Source of the DNA: Bilabrum cf. latius
Lineage: Eukaryota
Direction of reading: 5' to 3'
Assembly: GCA_965178125.1 (NCBI GenBank)
Contig: OZ237740.1
Coordinates: 558,001 to 622,000, forward strand
Length of the DNA stretch: 64,000 nt
A model generated the notes under the pieces. That model ran no database searches. It was not told the origin of the DNA and worked only from the letters and a program-made list of their open reading frames with translations. A program made the translations under genes and the position numbers. This document shows positions 28,961 to 41,600 of this stretch, piece after piece. The stretch's first letter is position 1, and each line of letters starts with the position of its first letter.

Positions 28961-31900
28961 TTATGTTAACCCGACGCCGTCCACGGGCAGGCACTCAGAT
29001 GCGAGCCGGCCCGCCGGCACCTCCAGCAATCCCTCCGCTGAACCGCTGCCGAGCAGTTTGAACCGCATCCCGGCACATTCAAATGGCTTCTTCCCGTCGT
29101 GGTTTTCCCTTTCGTCGTCAGCGCCTTCGTCCTCAAGTGCCTCCACCACGTCGCTCCTCTCGAACGCATGCGACCAGTGCAGCGCCGTGTTCCCTCGTGT
29201 GTCCCGAGCTCCGACCAGCGCCCCAGCACCGATAAGCATCTCCACGAGCGGCCTGCACCCGGACCTCGCAGCCAGCATGAGGGGCGTCTGCCCGTCCTCG
29301 TCTTGGTCTGACGGGTCTGCACCTGCCCCCAGCAGCTGCCTCGCCACCTGGCAGTATAGCTTCTGCACCCGATCCAGCTGCACCGCAAGCCTGTGACCAT
29401 CAGCAGATGCACCACTTCGCTTCAAAACAGTAGTCCTCGAGCTCGAGGAGAGCGATGACGAGCCGGCTGACTTGCGGCCTCGCCGTGCAACAGGCTCCGC
29501 GAGAGGGCCAGACCTCTGCACCTGCGGCTGCATGCGGGCGGGTACCACCGGAAATGGGCACGAAGCGGCATCAGGTCCGTGAATGGCCCTGTAGCCCAGG
29601 CCTTGCAGCACAAACTTCCAGGATCGCGGCAATGGGTCCCCTTTCACGTCCACCATGACCGCCTCGCTGCCCTTGCCTCCCCTCCCTGTGCTTCGCTGGC
29701 CTCTTAGAGTGCCGCCTCTCGCAGACGTTCGCCCCAGGAGCTTCCACAGCGCAGCTCCGACACCGTGGCAGCACGCATGCAGCGGTGTCCTCCGCAGCAT
29801 CCTCGTTTTGTCATTGGGCCCCGGTCTTCTCCACGGCTTCCATGACATCGCGCTCGTCGCACTTGTGCTGGACGACACCCGCCGCAGCATCTTTGTGACC
29901 GTGTCTAATCTGCCGCCCGCGGCAGCCTCCCACAGCGTCTGCATGCACGATCTCACAGCGGAATCTCTAGCAACGTCGAATGGTAGCCTCCCAGCCGCGT
30001 CGGGTACCAGCTTGAGCTGCGCAAGCTCCGCATCGTGCCAGCTGAGCAGCCGAACGCATTTCTTGGCGCCCTTTTGGCACGCTATATGCAGTGCAGTGGA
30101 CTGCCTGCCGTCGCGAGCGTACGGGTAAGCTCCCAGCGTGAGCAGAGAGTCCGCTGCCAGCGGCTTGTCGTGCGCGCAGGCAAGCATTAGAGGCGTGCGC
30201 CCGTCCGAGTCGATCGCATCGATGGGTGCCCCTGCCTCGACAAGAAGCGCAATGACCGAGCCTGGACCCAAGTGGTTCCTGGCCTGCAAATCGGCGCTGG
30301 TCTACAAATCTGCATGTCCGGACTGTTCACCATACATGCTTGCACGAGTCCCGGCCGCGTCCGCTCCAAGCGTTGGTTCCGCGCCGCCCTCCATGAGAGC
30401 CGCGAGGTGCAGCGGTGTCCTCCTCATCAGCGAGGTGGGCGCGACCTGCGCCCCAGCTCGAAGCAAAATACTCATGCAATCCACGTGCGCGCTGCTGCAC
30501 CTTGTCCCCGAACCGTGCTGTGCAGCGAGATGCAGCGGTGTCATGCCAGCAGCATCCGCTGCGTTGACGTCTGCACCGGACTATATCAGCGCCCTCATCA
30601 CATCGGGAGCGCCGTGCATCGCCGCCTAATGTATTGCGGTCCTTTGCCTGACACCAGCGCCGCTGTTGATCTCTGCTCCCGTGGAAAGCAGCAGGTTCAC
30701 CGCTGCCATCGAGGAGCCGAACCCCCCCCCAGTTCCCAGAGGCCCCGCTGCCCCTCCAATGGCCCGATCGTCCGTCCCCTAGAGCAATGCCTCTAGCCTC
30801 GATGCCCGGCCCAAGATGCCCAGCGAGCCAGTGTCGCCTTCCTCCCTGCATGCAGCTGCCACTGCATCAGACAGGGGAAACAACACCCTGCGGACGACTC
30901 GGTTGGAGCACAGGTCCAGGGCGCTGCGCCCGTCTTTCAGCGTTGCGTAGCGGTCCGCGCCATGCTGCAGCAGCAGCCTCGCAGCGTGCGCATTCCCGCT
31001 TGCGCAAGCGTAGTGCAGAGGCGTTGCACCCATGGAGTCTTTCGCATTGACAATCTCCCGCCGCTAGATCGGGATGTCATCCACCGGCAGTCGAAGCTGT
31101 CCTGACGGCGCGATGCAGTCCGGTGGCAGCAAAGCCAGCAGCCTGTCGTCGGCCTCGAGCGAGGCCCTGGATCCGCCGCGGGTCTGGGCAGTGTCCGCGA
31201 TCGCCTGCACGATGGCCCTCTCAAATGCCTCGCTCATGCCCAGATACCCGGCATCACCACTCACTTCACGCGCGTGTGGTATGCCGTCTGCACCGCCAAC
31301 GCGCCGCCCGTCCGAGGCACGGAGTACCCTTGGCCGCATCGACTCGTGCAGCACGGGCGCGGCTCCAACCGTCTCGGTCTTGTCGGCGGCTCGTGCAATC
31401 GAGTCCAGCAGCTCCAAACGCAGCGCCTGGCCGTCCCTCTCTCGCCCCGTGGCAGCAGATGAGCTCCCCTTTCCGCCGCCTTGGGTTTCAACCGCGTCAC
31501 TAGCACCGCCGTGGTCCTGAAACCGCACGCTGCGAAAGGAGGCCCCTGGATCCCTGCCACCCTCGTCACTCGGCAGCTGCAGTGCCCCGGAGCCCTGCTC
31601 CACGAAGGCACCCACAGGGAACAAGGGATACCCCGATGGTCCCATGGCCCTCAGATCCGCACCGCACCTCGAGTCTAGCAGCTCGTCGATGGCTGAGCTC
31701 TTGGACACCGAGGCGAGGTGCAAGGGTGTTCGCCCTAACGCGTCCCTGCACCTGAGCTGGGCCTGCATGGCAGCCTCCCTCTTGAGATGAAAACTCCTCT
31801 CGATCGCGTCCAGCTCCTCAAAGAGCCACGCCTGGTCTCTCCGCCTGGTGCTGCCTGGGGCCAGCGTCACGCCCTGCTCCACAGCAGCTCGACGGAGGCC

Positions 31901-33330
31901 CACGCGAGCATTGTCTCGGTCGTCCCTGAGCCGTGCTACAGGCAGAAGCAGGAGCGCACGCACATCCCTCGCCCTGCCCATAGAGGCAGCGGCGTGCAGG
32001 GGTACCATCCCTGCTCCGGGTTCCTCGCGCGCGCTCGTCACACCACCACTCCTTGCACCCATCGATCTGGATGACCTTGCCGTGGCATTGAGCACGTCTT
32101 CATCATCCCCGGCTCTTCTCGCGGCTCCTATGGCGGCCTCCAGCGCCTCTTGATCGATGTCCACGGCCGCGGGTCGATCGTCTGCTCCAGGCAGCCACGC
32201 CCGGCCCAAGATCGGCTCGAGGAGCGCGGCCCAGTCGGCTGCGTCCTCGAGCGCGTCAACGAGTGCGTGGCTGTCACCGCGCAGCACCGCCGTGGCGATG
32301 GGCTCACTTGTCACACCTGTAGACGGCAGCCGGATAGACGTGTGGATGGGGACACCGGATCGGGCTACCGATCCGGCCGCTGCGGACGCTGATGCACCCG
32401 CCCTACCACTGGGAAGCCTTCGGCCAGCATCCGCCGCTGAGGCCAGCTGCTCCAGCGCTGAAGGTGCTCGGCCATCCGCAGGGCTGCCTTTCCCTCGATT
32501 AGAGCCGGCGTCCTCTTCGAAGAGCTCCTCGCTTGCTACGGCTGCGCCCCCCTTCGGGGCTGGCGAGAATCTCCGCCTGTCAGGGGAGCTCGGGGGCCCG
32601 TCTTGCTCACCAGCTGCTCCAGGTGATCGATTTTGTTCCTTGTCGTCACTCTTGGCATCAACGTCTTTGCTGCTTTCCTCCTTGGCTTGTTTGCCCTTGT
32701 CCGCTTCTCTCTCTTCCTCCTTGGCTTGGCCCTTGTCCGCTTCTCTCTCTGCGTCTGCCCCGCCTGTCTCATCAGCCGAAGATTTGGGTTGCGCGGGAGC
32801 GTCGCTATCGGCCTGCTCGTTAGCACCACCATCAGCTATAGATTGGCTTGGTGGGGCGCTTCCATCCTTGTCTTCACCACCATCTCGGTCAGAATCTGGT
32901 TTCGACGAGTCGACCTCCGTGGCGTCCTCAGCCGCCTTCTCCAGTTTCTTCTAGGGGTCTGATGCCTATCCTTCAGACTGTGATGGAATTTCGCTGCCTG
33001 CATTCTCTCTAACCGAGTCTGGAGACTTCTCTGCAGACCCAGGCGACGCTGCAGTGGGAGGGATTTATGTGCCAGAAGCCGCAATACCCTATGACTAGGC
33101 TTAAATCAAGGCAACATGGTAGACTTTATCATAAAGTCAGCAATACTCCCAACATTTATGACCTTTGCTGCAGAGTTAGTGCAACTCTCACAGTTTTCCG
33201 AAGTAGCCGTTGTTGCTGTTTTGTCCTCTGAATCGTCCCCCGCAGCGGCAGCTTTTTTAGGGCTTACTTGTTTAGATCCTGCATCAATCTCGAACGAATC
33301 ATCTCCATAATCATCGTCTGAGTCACTCAT
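28961..33330 (-). CDS. Ankyrin repeat protein; complement(join(28961..33048,33192..33330))
   Basis: Many TPLH/TALH ankyrin repeats and an acidic N-terminus ([14 protein letters not shown]). A GTGAGA...TGCAG intron restores the frame. TAGs fall within repeats (TAIH*AA, ALI*SGADVN); ends in TAA. Confidence 0.85.
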
Positions 33331-33475
33331 TGTTTGAGTGGTGTACAGATGCCTCAAAAGAATTGCCGCACGGCAGGCTTATAACCGGAACTACTTGCAG
33401 TACCTGGCTGCGTCGCCCGATGGACGAAACCCGCCGTTCATCCTGAGACCCAACTCTTGACATAGATCCCTCCCG

Positions 33476-35963
33476 TCACTATCGCCCCTCTCGATCTGCG
33501 TCACCCGCGGCGCCCCAAGGCGACCCTCCCTGCTGCGCGTCCCGCAGTGCAACCAGCGCTGATCCCTTCGCCGATGCCTCCCTGTGGGTGGAAATCGACA
33601 CGGTCGTGCCTTCGGGAACGTCGGGGTGCTCCTGAATCGCCTCTAGGATCAATCGATCCATGCCCAAGCCGGTAGCTGCAGGCCCAGACATGCCAGCGCC
33701 AGCGCCCGCGCCCCCATCCCTTGCTGCCGCTGCAGCCCCCCTCCCCACCACCAGGTCACTCGTCACACCATCCATGGCGACGAGCGTCTCCTCGCCGAAG
33801 ACCCGATTCCTCGTGAATACCGAACCATCGATCTCCACAGCGAACCTTCGAGGAACCTTCGGCGGACCGCCGGCCGGCTCGCATGCCTGCGCGCACGCAA
33901 CCACACCAGCCGCCACCACCCTAGCCGCGCGCCTGACGACGGCCATGCAAACCCTTCTTGCCGCGAGGCAATCGGATCGGCTGACCTTCTGCCTAGCTGA
34001 GTCCGACCCGATTCCCATGCCTCGCCGGATGACGTCCGCGGTTGCAACCAGATCGCCGCTGGGGTCATCGTGCAAGACAGAGAACAAATCCGCGGTGCTG
34101 AACGGCTGCTTGCCGTGGCCGTCCCACCTGCTCCCGGGGTGCAGCGGTGACCCCACCCGGGGGTCAATTCCCCTGAGCACCTCCCCCTCCCCCACAGCGG
34201 CGCAGAGAACCCGCCTGGCGACCTCACCCAAGTACCTGCCGCTCACCAGACTCTACAGCCTGCGGGGGGCGTGGGCACTGCCCTGCTCGAAATCGGCCTC
34301 GATCGCATCATCGAACGAGCTCCAGGGCAGCAGCGAACGTTCTCTGAAGCTCGCCCACTCGGTATTGATCCCGCACGCCTCGTCGGGGTCACCTTCTTCC
34401 TCTTCCCAGACCACCTCTGCCGCTGCCTGGGCTGACTGGTCGTTCGGTGAGTGCCTCGCCACTGACAGCACCAGCTGCCGATCCCTAGACCTGCGATAGC
34501 TGTCCTCTGGCAAGACTCTTGCCCTGCTGCTGCCATCATCTTCGCTGCCCGCAAAGGCTTTCAGCTCGTTTCCATCCCCCGCTGCCTCTCCGTGTCCGTT
34601 GAGTTCCTCTCCCGCCTGCCACAGCCTGGATCGCGGAACGAAAAGCGCCGCATTTGTGCCCGTGCCCAAGATCACCGCCACTTTGCAGTCGCTGTCGTGG
34701 TATGCACCCAGCACCAGAGTACCCACGCAATCGTTCACCAAGGGCGGCACTGGTGCAGCTGCGCCAGCCGTCGCGCCGCTAGCCGTAGACGCCGAGCTCT
34801 TTTGCCCCTCTTTTCCGTCACTAGTAGTGCCTGCCACGGCTCTCTGCACGGCCTCCTGGTACAGCTGCACCACGTCCGCCCCCAACAGACCGGGGGTCTT
34901 CCAGCCCTTGTCCAGCCTGGTTGCAACCGCGCTGTGGAGGGCTCGCTGGTGGGCGGGAAAGGAGAAAACAAGGGCCGCCGGAGGCAGCGGGGTCCCGGGC
35001 GCCAGCTGGCTGCCGGTGCTCTTCCTCCCGCCCGCGGTGCTCATCGCTGCAATGCGGTGCACCTGCTCTTCGGAGGCTCCCGCCAGCATTTCCTCATCCC
35101 CCCCGCCGTCCGCCTCCTCTCCCCGGAGCATGGCCTTCAAGGAGCCGGGCAAGCCCTCCTGCTCGCACCGCTGGGCTGCACTCCTCTCGATCTCGAGGGC
35201 GTGCCTTGCGACCAAGTCGAACAGAGCAGGTGCTCCCAGCGACTTCTCCTTTGGGCCCATGGACATGGCGCAATCCTCCAGGGGCGCGAGCACCTTGCAA
35301 GCCCGCCCTCGCCCGAAGAATTCCACAGGGAGCGCCCTGACGGTGCTCCCACCGATCTCCACGGCCGTGGCAAGGCCCACTTCGGCCCCAGTTGGAGCGC
35401 CGCGCACGAAGGTGTCCACTGTTTCAAGCACCCCTGATGCACGCGGCGGGCCTTCCCCGGAAGACTAGGCGAAGCGTACAAACCCTGGTATTTTCGCAGA
35501 CACTCTGGACATTCTCTCGTGCCTCGCAAGCGAGACTGCATCACGCAGACCAGCCTACAGCGACTCTCGAATGCCGCGAGTAAGGGCTCGAAGCTCCTCT
35601 GGCTGCGCACCAATGAAAGCAAATATGTCTAACAGGAATGCAGAAAAGTATACAAAGTAAAAGAGGTACGGAGAATACGACATCAGCAGCACTCACCGAC
35701 ATGCACTGATAGATCTGCGTGTCGACCATCGAGAGGACCTTCCCGGATGCACAGTCCTGGTCAGACTTATCTTCTACCCCAGTGGATCTTATTTCTGATG
35801 ATCCACCGAGCATGCTGGCAAGCAAGATACTGGCGAGAAGCGCAGGAACCTCCACATGGTGTCTCGATTGCGCTGTGACCCGAGCCAATGGCATACTTCT
35901 GGCGTTGCGAACAAGCCAAGGCAGTGCATTTTTGCATAAAGACCGAATAAATGCTCTACTCAT
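33476..35963 (-). CDS. Hexokinase-family protein (divergent); complement(join(33476..35602,35697..35963))
   Basis: Motifs EIGGSTVR, FSFP, VNDCVGTL, VILGTGTNA, INTEWASF, SGRYLGEV and IDGSVF. Four in-frame TAGs, a 94-bp GTGAGT...CGCAG intron, and a TAG-TGA end. Confidence 0.85.
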
Positions 35964-36120
35964 GCTTTGATCGGTCCAAAACTATGGATAATTGCGGCTG
36001 ATTGGTCGCACTTAACTGATTCGATCAAAGCGAACGTTCGTGATCCATGCAATGCATTTTTTGTACAGTGTATTTAATCCGAAAAGTCAGATCCGTCTGC
36101 ATCCCGCACATTGGCTCAGT

Positions 36121-38526
36121 ATGGCCGGAATCGCTGGTGCACCAGCCGCCAAAAAGGCTCGTACAGACGAGGAAGAGGCTTCTGCCTCCGATGAGGTGTA
36201 TCCACCTCCTGCACGAGTCACAGAAGGTGCGCATATCGTCGGGCTGGATGAGTATCGTCGCGAGTATGCGAAATCTGTGGCTGACCCGATGGCGTTTTGG
36301 GCAGAGAAGGCCAAGCGTTACATCACGTGGTGGCGGCTTCCGGCTGATATCGCCAGAGGCAGTTTTGAGGTCGGTGATATCGAGTGGTTCAGTGGTAAGT
36401 TGTTGCGTCCTACCCTATCCCCAGCGACGAGCGTCTCACGATGGTATTTTACTGTAGCGAGCTCAATATATTTGCTGGATCCATTATGTGTGCAGGTGCC
36501 CAGCTGAACGTGTGCTACAACTGCGTGGATCGCCACATTGCGACGAAAGGTGACTAGGTAGCTATCATCTGGGAGTCCGACGACGGCCTGGCGATCAAGT
36601 ACACCTACAAGCAAGTCCTACAGGAGGTTTCGCGAGTCGCCAATGTCCTTCTCGCCCACGGTGTCAGGAAGGGTGACACGGTCGCGGTGTATCTGCCCAT
36701 GATCCCGGACCTGGCGTTCGTTATGCTCGCCTGCGCTCGCATCGGTGCCATCCACAGCGTGGTGTTCGCCGGGTTTTCCAGCGACGCGCTGAGGGACCGG
36801 ATCCTGGATGCGGAGAGCAAGTGAGTCGATGCTTGGACTTGTTTGCGTTCGTTGTCCCAGCGCCAGCCGCCGGCGCAGGCTCGATTCTACTCAGAGGGTC
36901 CTCTCCTCCCTTCTCACCCAGACCCCCCCTCCCCCTTCCCCCCAGAGGGTCCTCTCCTCCCTTCTCACCCAGACCCCCCCTCCCCCTCCCCCCCTTGTTT
37001 TGATACCGCTTCAGCAAAGGGCAGCCATGCACTCCATATATTTGCGCTGGTTGCTTCCCTCCATTTTTTGTTGCAGGGTGGTGATCACAGCGGACGAGGG
37101 GAAGCGAGGCGGCAAGACCCTCCACCTCAAGCACATCGTGGACCACGCGGTACTTGAGGCGCCCTGCGTTGAGAAGGTGTTCGTGTACCAGAGGACAGGG
37201 GCCGATGTGGGGTACGGCGCTAAGGACATTAAGATGGCAGACGCCCTGGAAAAGGCCCGTCCCTTCTGTCCCGCCGTCACCATGGACGCCGAAGACCCTC
37301 TGTTCATCCTCTACACGTCGGGCAGCACCGGCAAGCCGAAAGGGCTGGTGCATTCCCAGGCGGGCTACCTCCTCTACACGCAGCTGACCCATCACTACGT
37401 GTTTGACCACCGGGAGGGTGACGTGTACGCGTGCGTGGCCGACTGTGGGTGGATCACGGGGCACTCGTACATCGTGTACGGACCTCTGGCCAACGGAGCC
37501 ACTACTGTCATGTTCGAGTCGACGCCCGCCTACCCAGACTACTCGAGGTACTGGAAGCTTGTGGAAGACCACAAGATCACGCAGTTCTACACCGCTCCCA
37601 CGGCCATCCGCGCCCTCATGCGGCACGGGGAGGAGCCCGTGAAGAAGCACGACCTCTCCTCTCTGCGGATCCTCGGCACTGTGGGAGAGCCCATCAACCC
37701 CGAGGCATGGAGATGGTACTACGAGGTCGTTGGCCGCAAGCAGTGCGCCATCGTGGACACGTTCTGGCAGACGGAGACGGGCGGGCACATGCTGACCCCA
37801 CTCCCCGCGTGCACACCCTGCAAGCCAGGCTCGGCATGCCTCCCGTTCTTCGGCGTGCAGCCCGCGCTCATGGACGGGGACGGCAAGGAGATCCAGGGCA
37901 ACGGGGTGCAGGGGGTGCTGTGCATCAAGGCGCCCTGGCCGTCGATCGCGCGCACCATCTGGAACGACCACAAGAGGTATCTGACCACCTACATGGCCCC
38001 TTACCCGGGCACCTACTTTACCGGGGATGGTGCCATGCGGGACATCGACGGGTACTACTGGATCACGGGGCGGGTGGACGACGTGCTGAACGTGAGCGGG
38101 CACAGGCTCGGGTCCGCTGAGATCGAGTCGGCGCTCGTGGCGCATGACTCGGTGGCTGAGTCAGCCGTGATCGGGTTTCCGCACGACACGAAGGGGCAGG
38201 GCATCTGCTGCTACTGCACCCCTGTGGCCGGCATCAGCGACGACAGTGACGACCTGGTCGCAGAGCTGCGCATGCAGGTGCGCAAGGTGATCGGACCGTT
38301 CGCCACCCCGGACTATATCATCCTGACGGCGGCCCTCCCAAAGACCCGCTCGGGCAAGATCATGCGAAGGGTCCTCCGCAAGGTCATCTCCCAAGAGACC
38401 GACTCGCTCGGGGACGTGAGCACGCTGGCGGATCCCACGGTGGTGGATGTCCTCATCACAAAGGCGAACGCTGCCATCGAGCTGAAGAAGCAAAAGGCCA
38501 AGGCGGCTGCCGGGGGCGGCAAGTGA
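36121..38526 (+). CDS. ACS: Acetyl-CoA synthetase (AMP-forming); join(36121..36394,36496..36820,37077..38526)
   Basis: [42 protein letters not shown] and [12 protein letters not shown]. Two GT-AG introns; TAG 36555-36557 in GD*VAIIWE. Confidence 0.96.
36892..36988 (+). repeat. 51-bp-period C-rich tandem duplication in ACS intron 2
   Basis: cagagggtcctctcctcccttctcacccagaccccccctccccct occurs at 36892 and 36943. Confidence 0.85.
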
Positions 38527-38675
38527 AGTGCTTTGCTTTTCGTGAAGCAACTTGCGACCATGGGTTGCGACCGCTCGACCGGTGCTCGAGCATGTTTCCA
38601 ATTTGCGTCATTTCAGCGAATTTAAAGTGTTGAATTCAGCTTTTCCCGCCGTCCTCTACTACTCTGCTATCAATC

Positions 38676-41600
38676 ATGGCCGACAGACAAGTTGCCAAGC
38701 GACTGCAGTTGCTGAATTCCGTCGGAGGGCAAAAGGTCGATGCCTTTGTGCGCGTCCGGCCAAAACTTAGGATTGATGGGCCGCAGAACCATGTCGTTGT
38801 GTCGGCGGATGAGGAAAGATCTGAAATTATAGTTGATAGCGATCGGGCGGCTGCGACTGAATCTTTCATGTACGACAAAGTGTTTGACGCAAAGGCAAGC
38901 CAAAGCAAAGTGTTTGAACGTGCCATGCGACCGCTTGCAGACCAAGTTCTTGGCGGGGTGAGCTGCGCACTATTTGCCTACGGGTAGTCTGGAAGCGGAA
39001 AGTCTTTCTCCGTGCGCGGGACTGGCCCTGTCGGAGGATCCCAGGAAAGCAAAGGGATGAAGCCCGCAGATTCCGCCGCTGCCCCCGCTCCGAAGGGCTC
39101 CAATCCGCCTAGACATGATTTTGATCAAGATGACTTGGAAACACAATCACTTGTTCGAATCGATACGCACGCGACGCTCGGCCTGGGTTTGCTGGATGCA
39201 GCGGCGCCTTCCAGATCGGAGCGGAGCGGTGCTGTCGGCGGTGCGTCCAGTGGCTCTGGTCGAGGTGTAGATGTGGATATGGATGAGAAACCAACGGAAG
39301 GAGTAGCAGGCCCCTCCTTGCGACGAAGGAAGGAAGATTCGCAGCACGGACTGCTGCAGCGCGCGGTGTGCTACATCCTGCAGCGAGGCCGTGAAATTGC
39401 CGCCGGCGCCTCTGCTGGCAACGGAGCAAGAAGCACCAAAGCAGTTGCCCGAGCTGTGAGCGGAAGCGACGCAGCCCTAAGGGTATCCTTGAGCGCCTTG
39501 GAGATATACAATGAGACGCTCACCGACCTGCTGGACCCCGAGTGGGAGGCATCGGCCATGGCACTTGCGGAGGCGAGCAGTCTGGACATTGACGAGGGGA
39601 GCCGAGCAGGTGCTCGGTCCAGGACCAGGATCGGATCATCCCGGCGGCTGGGTACCCCTGGTTCTAATCGACGTCCTGTGTCTGCTCTGCGCGGGTCATC
39701 ATCCTCTCGCACGGCTCTCCGACGGGCCGCAACCTCTGCGACACGGACGCCCAGCAGCAGCAGCTCTCGCAGCAGGTAGCGGACAGGGGACGGTAGCGCC
39801 ACCGGCAAGTTGCGGCGATCTGCGACGAGCTCTCGCGCGGCCTCGAATTCCAGAAGTGCACCTAGAACCGACGGGGGTGGAGCTGCGGTGGGATTGCACC
39901 AGCAGGTGGCACCGCATGCCAAGCGTGCCCTCGTCGCAGGAAGCTCCTCTTTCGCTCATGGCAGATCCTCCGGCAGGTCAGTCGGTGAAGCAATTGCAAT
40001 CTCTGGAGAAGGCCGCGGCTCCGCGGCGCTGTCTATGCATGGCGGCAGCGAGAGCGATATCGAGTTGCTTAGACGGCTGGTGATTCCATCTACGGTGCCC
40101 AGGCCTGGCGCCAAGCCGCGAGTGATGGAACGGCAGGGGCTAGGCACCACCGTGCAACCGCTCACTGAGGTGAGGATCCGGTCCCTTGCCGAGCTCAGCT
40201 CCATCATCCATCTCGCAGAAAGCAGGTGTCGCTTTGCCGAGACGAACTTGAACCTCCAGAGCAATAGGGCGCACAGGATCTTCACGCTCAAGGTGGAGCT
40301 CCTCTTCGACGAGGCGGGAGCGATGCCAGGGGCTGCTGCGATTGCGACCGACGACGAGCAGACAGATCTGCCTTCACCATCCGATGACGATACTACACCC
40401 GTGGCTGCAGACAGGGCAAGGTCAACGCCGAAGGTTAGAACCGCCACGCTGAGGGTGGTCGACCTGGCAGGGAGCGAGAACGTCAAGAGGAGCGGCGCAT
40501 CCGGCGCATCGGCCCGCGAGGCCCGCAACATCAACCGCAGCCTGCTCGCACTCGGGAGAGTGATACAGGCACTCGCTTCATCGCATCCTCACATTCCGTA
40601 CAGGGAGAGTCTTCTCACCAGGATACTCAGTGAGGCTCTCGGGGGAATATGCAAGACCACCTTTTTGTGCTGCATCAGCCCCTGCACGACGTCCTTGTCA
40701 GAGACACTAAGCACGCTCCGGTATGGAAGGGAGGCACGGGATGCCCTTAACATATCGCACCTTCCTCGCGCAAAGCAGGATGAGATCGTGATCCAGGCGA
40801 TGTAGAAGCGGGTCAAGCAGCTGGAGGGACTCATCGAGTCGCAGCGGAGGCTGGACGCCGAGAGGATCAAACAGCTGCAGAGACAGGTTCACGGCCTGCA
40901 GTCGCAGAACGAGGAGCTCGACGGGAGGTTATCCGAGGCGAGCCAGAGGATAGACACCCTCAGGAAGGGCAGGATAGAGCTGAAAACCAGGGCGCTGCGG
41001 TCGCAAGCCGAGCGAGACGCTGCCTTGGAGGCCACGCGGTAGATCGGTCAGATGCTGCAGCGAAGCAGGCGGGAGTGCTCGGACCGCGCATAGGAGCGAG
41101 ATGCAGCGATGACCACGCTCTGTGAGGTGCGGCAGCACCGTGATGCCTTGCTGCATGAATAGAAACGCGTTCAGGAGGCATTGAGAGCCGAGTATGAGCG
41201 CGGTTTCAAGGCATTCCAGGAGCGGACAGTCGAGGCAGAAACCTTGCTGGAACGGGGCAAGGAGAAGGAAGGCATCATCCAGCGCAATTCCAAGAAGATG
41301 CTGGAGTATCAGGCAGATCTAAGCGAGCGTGTCGATAGGATACGTGGTTTGCTGCAAGACAGCACGGAGGACCTGAAAGCTGATCTGGATCGACTCCGGC
41401 AAGGCTTCTTGCAAGCTGGCAAGGAGCGCGTGAGCCAGCACGATTCGCTGTGCCAGAGCTTCAAGAGGCTCCGTGGCGGGGCCGACAAGGCCATTGCTGC
41501 TGCCAAGGAGAATGCTGCCGCCACCGGTGACCTGCACCGCTCGGCCAGTGACAAGGCGCACGAAGCGTGGCAGGCACTCGCAGGCGACGCCGTCAGGGAG

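Noticed and set aside
36551-36560. Motif-specific sequencing error (e.g. CCAGG read as CTAGG)
   Set aside because: TAG contexts vary widely (ggg-TAG-t, gga-TAG-a, aat-TAG-c, gca-TAG-c), so they do not fit one motif. Raw reads would still be the decisive check.
36721-38145. Long antisense ORFs (also 14712-15524, 32157-32954, 34592-35468)
   Set aside because: These are expected mirrors of GC3-rich genes and show no independent motifs.
38985-38987. A-to-I editing (UAG to Trp), pyrrolysine, or Leu/Tyr assignment
   Set aside because: The conserved and paralogous columns at TAG sites are Gln, not Trp, Leu or Tyr, and the proteins are not Pyl-type enzymes. U-to-C editing cannot be excluded without RNA but would need over 100 sites here.
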